Part shown: positions 45,866 through 64,000 of the stretch, piece after piece | How the letters are laid out: every line of letters starts with the position of its first letter | How positions within the stretch are numbered: the first letter of the stretch is position 1 | The notes under the pieces: generated by a model | Database searches by the model: none | Told to the model about the DNA's origin: nothing | The model's input: only the letters and a program-made list of their open reading frames with translations | Made by a program: the position numbers and the translations under genes | Assembly (NCBI GenBank): GCA_963835085.1 | Contig: CAWIED010000004.1 | Location: 72,508-136,507, forward strand | Direction of reading: 5' to 3' | DNA length: 64,000 nt | Source: an uncultured Actinomycetota bacterium | Lineage (GTDB): Bacteria; Actinomycetota; Actinomycetes; Actinomycetales; CAWJMD01

Positions 45866-46200
45866 TGCCGTTCGGTTAGTCGTCTGGTGGGTGTCGAATT
45901 CTGTGTGGAGTGTCGCGGGCAGTTCAGCGGCGCGCGGCAGCGGAGCAGAGCAGGGCGACAGTGGACGGAGCCGGGCGATGGGAAGCGCCAGCCTGCCCGG
46001 GTCTTCCGCAAAGGGCGGTTTCGACAGTCGCAGGCCAGGGTTTTTCTGCGCTATGGCGATGCCCCGTCCGGCGGGGCATTGTCATAGCGTCAGAAACCGG
46101 CCCCCGTTCACAGCCCGGCAGTGCCGGACCCGACACATCACGATCCGGGGGCCGGGGGGTGCCGTCCGCGGTGTATTCGCCGCGGTTGGCCGGGCTAGGC
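45866..46200. repeat. Intergenic repeat-family copy A (single unit; imperfect long palindrome at 46050-46088)
   Basis: Shares conserved blocks with 60729-61130: TGCCGTTCGGTTAGTCGTC, GGAGCCGGGCGATGGGA, CTGCCCGGGTCTTCCGCAA, GGTTTCGACAGTCGC, TGCGCTATGnCGATGCCCCGTCCGGCGGGGCAT, CCGTTCACAGCCC, GGTGCCGTnCGCGGTGTATTCGCCGCGGTTGG. Confidence 0.75.
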
Positions 46201-46292
46201 GTCCTAGGTTGATGATCGCATCAGGAGTCCCCATCGCCCAGGTCCGTGAGAGGCCGTGGATGGAGATCCCAGGCATCAGCCGGGCAAGGCCA

Positions 46293-47504
46293 TCAGTCGA
46301 CGTCAGCGCGCCACAGGTCGGGACCGAAGACCTCGTACTGGATGTCGGAGGCCGACACGCCCTGGTCGATCAGCTGCGAGCGCACCGCCTGCATGAACGG
46401 CACCGGCCCGCACAGGTAATACGAGGCGCCCTCGGGCAGGTCGAGCACGGAGACGTCCATCAGGCCCGCGTGCACGCAGCCGGCACCGGTGGCGCCGTCC
46501 TCGTTCTCGTAGAACACGTGCAGGCTCGCGTTGGGCAGTGCCACGACGTCGGACTCGATCTGCGACCGCAGGGCGAACGAGGCCTCGTCGGCGTCGGCGT
46601 GCAGCACCAGGACGGGCAGGTCCGAGTCGGCCTTCACCAGATGGCTCAGCATGCCGGCGGTGGTCGTGACCCCGATGCCCGCGGTGCAGAACACGACGGG
46701 CTGGCCACTGTCGTCGAGCACGATGGCTCCGAACGGTGGCGAGGTCACCAGCGCGTCACCCACCTGCACGGAGTCGTGCAGGAGATTGGAGACCTCGCCG
46801 GCCGGGTGAGCATCCACCGGGCTCACCCGCTTGACCGCGAACGCGCGAGTGCGGCCGTCGTCGGCGCGGGTGAGCGAGAACTGCCGGGGTTGCTTGGTGC
46901 CGTCCGGCAGTTCCATCTGCAGGGTGACGTACTGGCCGGGCAGCGACGACTTGACGATGCGGTCGTCCATCCGGCCCACCACGAACTCCACTACGTCTGG
47001 GCTCACCTGGTTCTTCTCCAGCACCTTCCAGGGGCGCCAGATCCGGTCGGGGGTCACCCCGTGGGCGCTGTAGATGCCGCGTTCCATGTTGATGAGCTCG
47101 TTGGCCATCAACCAGAAGACCTCGTCCCACGCGGCGGCCACGTCCGGCGTGACGGCCTCGCCCAGCACGTCGACGATGGCCCAGAACAGGTTCTCGTGCA
47201 CGATCGGGTACTGCTCGGGTCGAATGCCGAGTGACGTGTGCTTGTGAGCCACCCGGCTCATCATCGCGAGCGGGGTCTGGCCGGGGTGCTCCACCAGCCA
47301 GGTGGCGTAGATGGCCACCGAGCCGGCCAGCGACTGCTGCTGCTCGCCGGAAGACTGGTTGCCCCGGTTGAACACCCCTTGGGTCAACAGCTCGGGATGG
47401 GCCGAGAACATGTGGCCGTAGAAGCGACCTGCGATCTCGCCGATGTTCTCGCCCACGACGGGCAGGGTCGCCTCGATGACGGGGCGTGCGGTGTCGGACA
47501 GCAT
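46293..47504 (-). CDS. hmp: Flavohaemoglobin (NO dioxygenase)
   Basis: Globin N-terminus MLSDTARPVIEATLPVVGENIGEIAGRFYGHMFSAHPELL. FAD/NAD reductase half with RQFSLT and YYLCGPVPFMQAV. ATG at 47504 with GGAGAA upstream. Confidence 0.88.
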   Translation of the reverse strand: MLSDTARPVIEATLPVVGENIGEIAGRFYGHMFSAHPELLTQGVFNRGNQSSGEQQQSLAGSVAIYATWLVEHPGQTPLAMMSRVAHKHTSLGIRPEQYPIVHENLFWAIVDVLGEAVTPDVAAAWDEVFWLMANELINMERGIYSAHGVTPDRIWRPWKVLEKNQVSPDVVEFVVGRMDDRIVKSSLPGQYVTLQMELPDGTKQPRQFSLTRADDGRTRAFAVKRVSPVDAHPAGEVSNLLHDSVQVGDALVTSPPFGAIVLDDSGQPVVFCTAGIGVTTTAGMLSHLVKADSDLPVLVLHADADEASFALRSQIESDVVALPNASLHVFYENEDGATGAGCVHAGLMDVSVLDLPEGASYYLCGPVPFMQAVRSQLIDQGVSASDIQYEVFGPDLWRADVD

Positions 47505-47753
47505 GGGTTTCTCCAATTCAGACTTGTGCTGACTCGCTTGTCGCCGAGAACACTATTCGGGTTCGTCCGTAAAGATCACGGCTGGGACTCGGCAATCCTG
47601 GGACAGTTGGCGCGTTCGCCTTGACGTGCTGGCCCTGCGGGCCTCAATCTTGTGCACGTAGCGCTTGTCCGCTCTCCGGGAGTGGGCTGGATGGCCCGGG
47701 TTCTACCGGGCAGTGTTCCGGCCGGTCCTGTAGAAGAGCCCTTGGGACAGGCG

Positions 47754-47782
47754 TTGACACTCGTGTCCGCAAGCGGTAGGCT
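47754..47782 (+). promoter_or_regulatory. Candidate housekeeping-sigma promoter for rpoBC
   Basis: TTGACA (47754-47759), 17 nt, TAGGCT (47777-47782), about 100 nt upstream of the rpoB start. Confidence 0.5.
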
Positions 47783-47883
47783 GTCGCCTTGCGCCTCGTT
47801 GTGTGCCTTGCCAACACCCTCAACTGAAATGTTGCCGTGCTTGACACGGGTCACTCAGCGTGCGCTCTAACCACCGCAGGCCC

Positions 47884-51381
<3,498 letters not shown>

Positions 51382-51389
51382 TCCACGCG

Positions 51390-51420
51390 GTCGGCGCCCG
51401 GAACCGCTCCGGGCGCCGAC
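51390..51420 (+). other. rpoB-rpoC intergenic hairpin (possible attenuator or processing site)
   Basis: GTCGGCGCCCGG-aaccgct-CCGGGCGCCGAC (12-bp stem), 9 nt after the rpoB stop with no U-tract. Followed by an AT-rich spacer containing CCAAGT-gcttttg-ACTTGG. Confidence 0.4.
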
Positions 51421-51491
51421 GGCCACCAACACTTGCTATTCGAAAAACCAACAGCTCCAAGTGCTTTTGACTTGGGAAAGAGGGAAAAACC

Positions 51492-55370
<3,879 letters not shown>

Positions 55371-55414
55371 TCGGTGGCAGCGCCGGTTCAGCCGCTGGCG
55401 TGATGTGACAGACG

Positions 55415-55451
55415 AGAGGGGCCGGATGGCGTTAAGGCGTCCGGCCCCTCT
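55415..55451 (+). terminator. Hairpin terminator after rpoC
   Basis: AGAGGGGCCGGA-13nt-TCCGGCCCCTCT (12-bp stem), 45 nt after the stop. Confidence 0.55.
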
Positions 55452-55575
55452 GCTGTCGTCTCCTCGGGTCTGGCAGAGACCGCTCGGATCGGCGTGGTGA
55501 GCGGTTGGCGGCGCGTTGTCCACAGGCGCGCGGCCGCGGCTTTCAGTTGGCCGGCGCGATATCTAGGCTGGCTCG

Positions 55576-55920
55576 ATGACCAGTCAGCCCGACCTGCAGC
55601 GCAAGGTGCGCCAACTCGACAACGACGTCTCGGCGATCTACGACCTGATCTTCAAGATCCAGAACACCCAGATCCGGCACGGCAATCGCCTTGATGAGAT
55701 CGTGACCGACCTGGCGGCCCACGACGCCAGGTTCGACCGTCTCGACCAGCGGTTGGACGGAGTGGAGCAGCGTTTGGACGGGGTGGAGCAGCGGCTGGAG
55801 GGGCTGGAGCAGCGTTTGGACGGGGTGGAGCAGCGGCTGGAGGGGCTGGAGCATACGATGGTCGACCAGTTCGGCCGGGTGCTGCGCTTGTTGGGCGACG
55901 ACACGGAGGGCTCCCGCTAG
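55576..55920 (+). CDS. Small coiled-coil protein with heptad (21-bp) repeats
   Basis: 114-aa ORF. ...RFDRLDQRLDGVEQRLDGVEQRLEGLEQRLDGVEQRLEGLEH... 21-bp DNA repeat units run about 55744-55852. Confidence 0.55.
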   Translation: MTSQPDLQRKVRQLDNDVSAIYDLIFKIQNTQIRHGNRLDEIVTDLAAHDARFDRLDQRLDGVEQRLDGVEQRLEGLEQRLDGVEQRLEGLEHTMVDQFGRVLRLLGDDTEGSR

Positions 55921-55996
55921 ACGCTCTGCCGGAGGCGGACACCTGCACCACGGCGGCTCCCGCGTAGGAGCCGGCAGCCCGCGGTGGAGGAGTGTT

Positions 55997-56026
55997 TTGA
56001 CCCGTACCCGGCCCAGCCGGTAGCCT
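55997..56026 (+). promoter_or_regulatory. Candidate promoter of the rpsL-rpsG-fusA-tuf operon
   Basis: TTGACC (55997-56002), 18 nt, TAGCCT (56021-56026), about 170 nt upstream of rpsL. Confidence 0.45.
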
Positions 56027-56198
56027 GTACCGGTTGTCCGACCAAGGGCGCCCGTGTGCCCTGGGCAGGTGCTTGCCTCCAGGCAAGCAACACCAGGCGC
56101 AAGCATGAGCCCAATGGGCTGATCGCGAACGCGCGGCGAAGACAACGCAAGCTACCGCTAATCAACGGTGCCGGACGAGACGAAGGCAGGACGACGTA

Positions 56199-56573
56199 GT
56201 GCCCACGATCCAACAGCTGGTGCGCAAGGGCCGCCAGGACAAGGTCGGGAAGCAGAAGACTCCCGCCCTGAAGGGGAGCCCCCAGCGTCGTGGTGTGTGC
56301 ACCCGCGTGTACACCACCACCCCCAAGAAGCCGAACTCGGCGCTGCGCAAGGTCGCCCGCGTGAAGCTCTCCAGCCAGGTCGAGGTCACCGCCTACATCC
56401 CGGGCGTCGGCCACAACCTCCAGGAGCACTCCATCGTGCTCGTCCGCGGCGGCCGGGTGAAAGACCTGCCGGGTGTTCGCTACAAGATCGTGCGTGGCTC
56501 GCTCGACACGCAGGGCGTGAAGAACCGCAAGCAGGCTCGCAGCCGTTACGGCGCGAAGAAGGAGAAGAAGTAA
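56199..56573 (+). CDS. rpsL: 30S ribosomal protein S12
   Basis: [54 protein letters not shown]. Confidence 0.97.
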   Translation: MPTIQQLVRKGRQDKVGKQKTPALKGSPQRRGVCTRVYTTTPKKPNSALRKVARVKLSSQVEVTAYIPGVGHNLQEHSIVLVRGGRVKDLPGVRYKIVRGSLDTQGVKNRKQARSRYGAKKEKK

Positions 56574-57043
56574 TGCCCCGCAAGGGCCCGGCCCCCAAGC
56601 GGCCGCTGATCATCGACCCCGTGTACCAGTCGCCGCTGGTGACCCAGCTCGTCAACAAGGTGCTCAAGGACGGGAAGAAATCCACCGCCGAGCGCATTGT
56701 CTACGGTGCACTCGAAGGCGCCAAGGACAAGTCGGGCAACGACCCGGTCCTCACCCTCAAGCGGGCGCTCGACAACGTGAAGCCGGCTCTTGAGGTCAAG
56801 TCCCGCCGCGTCGGTGGTGCCACCTACCAGGTGCCCATCGAGGTCAAGCCCAACCGGGCCACCACGCTGGCATTGCGTTGGCTGGTGGGCTACGCCCAGG
56901 CGCGTCGTGAGAAGACCATGACCGAGCGGCTGATGAACGAGATTCTCGACGCCAGCAACGGTCTTGGTGCCGCGGTCAAGCGCCGCGAAGACACTCACAA
57001 GATGGCCGACTCCAACAAGGCCTTCGCGCACTACCGCTGGTGA
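56573..57043 (+). CDS. rpsG: 30S ribosomal protein S7
   Basis: [52 protein letters not shown] overlap with rpsL. Confidence 0.97.
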   Translation: MPRKGPAPKRPLIIDPVYQSPLVTQLVNKVLKDGKKSTAERIVYGALEGAKDKSGNDPVLTLKRALDNVKPALEVKSRRVGGATYQVPIEVKPNRATTLALRWLVGYAQARREKTMTERLMNEILDASNGLGAAVKRREDTHKMADSNKAFAHYRW

Positions 57044-57159
57044 CGTCCGGCGGGCGCCCTCGCAGGCGCCCGCTGACCACCGTGTGATTTGGCGAGCCCC
57101 GTCCAGAAGACGACCCGCCCGGCCTTCGTGCCGGAACCTGCCGCAGAAAGAAGGATCCC

Positions 57160-59274
<2,115 letters not shown>

Positions 59275-59394
59275 GTTTCGCCTAGCACGACACAGTGGTC
59301 GCGGGGTGTCCCGCCCTGCGACTAGACTCAACCCTCGTTGCCTCAGCCATGGGGCCAGCGAACCAATCAAAGTAGCTTCAAGGAGGAACCCCGA

Positions 59395-60585
59395 GTGGGT
59401 AAGGCGAAGTTCGAGCGGACCAAGCCGCACGTCAACATTGGCACGATCGGTCACGTCGACCACGGCAAGACGACGCTGACCGCGGCCATCAGCAAGGTCC
59501 TGCACGACAAGTACCCGGACCTCAACCCCTTCACGCCGTTCGATGAGATCGACAAGGCGCCGGAGGAAAAGCAGCGCGGTATCACGATCAACATCGCGCA
59601 CGTGGAGTACCAGACCGACAAGCGCCACTACGCGCACGTCGACGCTCCCGGCCACGCCGATTACATCAAGAACATGATCACCGGTGCGGCTCAGATGGAC
59701 GGCGCCATCCTGGTGGTCGCCGCCACCGACGGCCCGATGGCCCAGACCCGCGAGCACGTGCTGCTCGCCCGTCAGGTCGGCGTGCCCTACCTGCTCGTGG
59801 CGCTCAACAAGTCCGACATGGTCGACGACGAGGAGATCCTCGAGCTCGTCGAGCTTGAGGTCCGTGAGCTGCTTTCGGCGCAGGAGTTCGACGGCGACAA
59901 CGCCCCCGTCGTCCGCGTCTCGGCGCTCAAGGCGCTCGAGGGCGACCCCGAGTGGGTCAAGTCGGTCGAAGAGCTGCTTGACGCTGTCGACGAGTCCGTT
60001 CCGGACCCGGTGCGCGACATGGACAAGCCGTTCCTCATGCCGATCGAAGACGTCTTCACGATCACCGGTCGTGGCACCGTCGTCACCGGCAAGGTCGACC
60101 GGGGCAAGCTCCCGATCAACTCCGAGGTCGAGATTCTCGGCATCCGTGCGAAGCAGAAGACCACGGTCACCGGTATCGAGATGTTCCACAAGCAGATGGA
60201 CGAGGCGTGGGCGGGCGAGAACTGCGGTCTGCTGCTGCGTGGCATCAAGCGTGAGGACGTCGAGCGTGGCCAGGTTGTCGCCAAGCCCGGCACCATCACC
60301 CCGCACACCGACTTCGAGGCTCAGGTCTACATCCTGACCAAGGACGAGGGCGGCCGCCACAACCCGTTCTACTCGAACTACCGTCCCCAGTTCTACTTCC
60401 GCACCACCGACGTCACGGGTGTCATCACCCTGCCTGACGGTGTGGAGATGGTCATGCCGGGCGACAACACCGAGATGACGGTGGCGCTGATCCAGCCCAT
60501 CGCCATGGAGGAAGGCCTGAAGTTCGCCATCCGTGAGGGTGGTCGTACCGTCGGCGCCGGCCGGGTCACCAAGATCATCAAGTGA
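59395..60585 (+). CDS. tuf: Elongation factor Tu
   Basis: [31 protein letters not shown]...[28 protein letters not shown] start with AAGGAGGA upstream. Confidence 0.97.
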   Translation: MGKAKFERTKPHVNIGTIGHVDHGKTTLTAAISKVLHDKYPDLNPFTPFDEIDKAPEEKQRGITINIAHVEYQTDKRHYAHVDAPGHADYIKNMITGAAQMDGAILVVAATDGPMAQTREHVLLARQVGVPYLLVALNKSDMVDDEEILELVELEVRELLSAQEFDGDNAPVVRVSALKALEGDPEWVKSVEELLDAVDESVPDPVRDMDKPFLMPIEDVFTITGRGTVVTGKVDRGKLPINSEVEILGIRAKQKTTVTGIEMFHKQMDEAWAGENCGLLLRGIKREDVERGQVVAKPGTITPHTDFEAQVYILTKDEGGRHNPFYSNYRPQFYFRTTDVTGVITLPDGVEMVMPGDNTEMTVALIQPIAMEEGLKFAIREGGRTVGAGRVTKIIK

Positions 60586-60604
60586 GCTGACGCTCTCGCA
60601 TAGA

Positions 60605-60640
60605 GCGACCCCGAACCCACTGCGGTTCGGGGTCGCTTTT
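60605..60640 (+). terminator. Intrinsic terminator after tuf
   Basis: GCGACCCCGAAC-ccactgcg-GTTCGGGGTCGC followed by TTTT. Confidence 0.8.
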
Positions 60641-60728
60641 GTCGTCTCTGGACCTCCGGGTGATCTATTCCGCGGGGGCAGGCGGCGTGCTGATGAGGAT
60701 GTCAGGACTAGATCCGGGCTAGACGCAA

Positions 60729-61410
60729 TGCCGTTCGGTTAGTCGTCCGGTGTGGGTGTCAAGGTCTGTCCAGCCAGCCGGCGACAGATGGGGCCAGCCC
60801 GCTGACGGGCCCGGCAGGTCAGCGACAGATGGTCAGCTCAGCGACGCGTGGGCAGCCCAGGGGTGGGGCGGAGCCGGGCGATGGGACGGGGCAGTCTGCC
60901 CGGGTCTTCCGCAAGGGGAGGTTTCGACAGTCGCGGGGCAGGGGCTTTCCTGCGCTATGCCGATGCCCCGTCCGGCGGGGCATCGGCATAGCGTGAGAAA
61001 CCGACCCGTTCACAGCCCTCCAGAAGCCGGACTCGACCATCACGGTCCGGAGTCGTTGGGTGGTGCCGTGCGCGGTGTATTCGCCGCGGTTGGCACCGGG
61101 TTGAGTGCCGGGGCTGGGGTTGGGGTCGTTGGGTGGTGCCGTGCGCGGTGTATTCGCCGCGGTTGGCACCGGGTTGAGTGCCGGGGCTGGGGTTGGGGTC
61201 GTTGGGTGGTGCCGTGCGCGGTGTATTCGCCGCGGTTGGCACCGGGTTGAGTGCCGGGGCTGGGGTTGGGGTCGTTGGGTGGTGCCGTGCGCGGTGTATT
61301 CGCCGCGGTTGGCACCGGGTTGAGTGCCGGAGCTCGGGTTGGAGTCGTTGCGTGGTGCCGTTGGCGGTGTATCCGCCGCGGTGGGCACCGGGTCAGGCGT
61401 CTTGGGTGGA
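60729..61410. repeat. Intergenic repeat-family copy B (perfect 17-bp-stem palindrome at 60954-60992, then a 73-bp tandem array)
   Basis: Same conserved blocks as copy A. GCTATGCCGATGCCCCG-tccgg-CGGGGCATCGGCATAGC. Distal module repeated with period 73. Confidence 0.8.
61052..61410. repeat. 73-bp tandem repeat, 4 near-identical units plus 1 degenerate unit
   Basis: GTCGTTGGGTGGTGCCGTGCGCGGTGTATTCGCCGCGGTTGGCACCGGGTTGAGTGCCGGGGCTGGGGTTGGG starts at 61052, 61125, 61198 and 61271. A diverged copy starts at 61344. Confidence 0.85.
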
Positions 61411-62809
61411 AGACCGACTCAGCAACCGGAAAGACTGTGATTCAAGGGTTGCGCCTTCCTCGCCAGACGCAGCTCCGAAAGCCGGGACGACACCCAGCCG
61501 GAACCTTAACCCAACGGCATTGGGGCTTGACCGCCCTTAGGCCGTCGAACTGCGACGTTGTTCGCGAGGGAGCCACCAACTTGGTGACGGATGGGCGAAG
61601 AACGTGACAGGTGGACGCGCGATCGTTCCCGCGGCTGCCCCGACTCATTGGCCCGAACGGGCATTTTGCTACACCCAGACGAGGGCAATCGTCCAGATCA
61701 AGCGATACGTCGCAGGCCAGATTGCTACGTTGCGGGGGTGACGATGACTAAGAGTGAGGGGCGGCCGTCGAGCCTGGCGCGAGTGGCGGCGGTTCTGCTG
61801 ACGGCCCTGTTGTCCCTTGCCGGCTTGGCGGGTCCGGCCATGGCAAGTGATACCGTCGGCGCCCTCCGGGGGACGCTCCTCAACTCCGACGAGACCGTTA
61901 TCGCCTCGGCACAGGTCGCCGTCTATCGCCTGAACGCCTCGACCCCCATCGCCAGCACAGTGACCGACGCCGCCGGCAACTGGTCGGTATCGGTGCCGCT
62001 GGGCACGTACCAGGTTGCCTTCACGTGGGGCGGTCAGACGCAGTGGGCGTTCTCGCGTCCCACCCGCGAGCAGTCGGACTCCTTCGGTGTGTTGCCTGGC
62101 AGCGAGGTGCTGGTCACCAACCATTGGGTGTCGGTGGCGCACGTGGCCGGCACGGTCAGGTCGACGACCGGCGCGACGCTGTCGGGCATCTGCGTCAAGG
62201 CCCTGTCGGCGGTACATCGCGAAGAGGTCATCGCCCAGGGGTGCACCGATGCGAGCGGCCACTACGACCTACCGGTGGGACAACCCGTGGCGGTCGTGGT
62301 GCAGGCGGCCGACCCAACGGGCCGCTATGCCACCCAGTACGCCCCGGGCGTCAACGGCTACAGCGGTGGCACGCGCTACCAGCTCACCGGCGGGCTCACC
62401 ACGACGGTGAATGTGCGGCTGGCCCAGTCGTCGGCGATCACCGGGATAGCCGTGAGCGCAGCGGGCAGGCCTGTGTCGGGTGTCTGCGCCGACGTGTGGA
62501 TCGGCCGCAACGGTGAGAACGTGGTGGGCCAGGTTCCCAGCTGTTCCGGCACCGACGGCCGCTGGCGCGTCTCGACGTTGCCCGCGGGCACCTTCACCGT
62601 GCGGCTCTATCCCAAGGACGGCGCATCGTTCGCGGCCACCTGGCTGGGCGGCCCGCAACGTGGTCTCGCGCAGGTCGTGCGCGTGACGCGGCGCGGATCG
62701 ACCCTCGACTTCGGCCGAGTGCCCGTGCCCGTCAGCGACTCCGGGAAGATCGACCCCACCTATCGCTACCGGTCCTGGATGCCCATAGTCGGCCCCCGCG
62801 CGGGTGCTG

Positions 62810-64000
<1,191 letters not shown>

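Noticed and set aside
45843-47234. 463-aa plus-strand ORF overlapping hmp
   Set aside because: It is antisense to the flavohaemoglobin gene, and its 5' part runs through the non-coding repeat element. It has no protein-like features.
60750-61607. Family of 70-190-aa ORFs on both strands over the 73-bp repeats; also considered as a CRISPR array
   Set aside because: The peptides are the same repeat read in phase-shifted copies, because the period of 73 is not divisible by 3. There are no unique spacers between repeats and no cas genes, so this is neither coding nor CRISPR.

Overview
High-GC actinobacterial chromosome segment with three parts. (1) Positions 1-17.7 kb are a defence island. It carries a full DNA phosphorothioation (PT, Dnd) locus: dndA on the minus strand, divergent from dndB-C-D-E, plus a translationally coupled PT-associated SAM methyltransferase. 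Upstream lies a five-gene, translationally coupled operon: a sigma70-region-4 HTH protein, a PLD-nuclease/DEAH-helicase fusion, a 56-aa ORF, a second DndD-like SMC/ABC ATPase and a 157-aa protein. I read this operon as the PT-dependent restriction/exclusion arm. It does not look like DndFGH or SspE, and any relationship to Pbe-type modules is untested. Downstream is a convergent pair encoding a GmrSD-like DUF262/DUF1524 protein and a PIN-like (DUF4935-like) protein. (2) Positions 17.6-27.3 kb are a second accessory block bounded by two about 100-bp direct repeats. Each repeat is a tRNA 3' fragment (T-arm, acceptor strand, CCA) plus a hairpin, so they look like att scars of tandem islands. The block holds a zeta-like toxin with a ParD-like antitoxin, a GNAT-VOC fusion with a TetR regulator, and RibD_C gene fragments. 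It also holds a 4.7-kb segment flanked by about 180-bp near-identical inverted repeats, which carries a ZIP transporter, an acetyltransferase, a low-GC structured region, an AraC regulator and two VOC proteins. (3) Positions 28-64 kb are conserved core: tRNA-Thr, tRNA-Met, rpmG, MaoC dehydratase pair, murB, add, cbiX/cobA, tRNA-Trp, secE, nusG, rplK, rplA, rplJ, rplL, hmp, rpoB, rpoC, rpsL, rpsG, fusA, tuf and a partial gdhA. An unclassified repeat family sits directly after the rplL and tuf terminators, and the tuf copy carries a 73-bp tandem array. Caveat: at least 8 frameshifts split 5 genes, four of them accessory (including dndC, three times, and the PLD-helicase) and one a membrane protein in the core block. 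Most sit at G/C runs, so sequencing error versus real pseudogenisation cannot be decided from the sequence alone.
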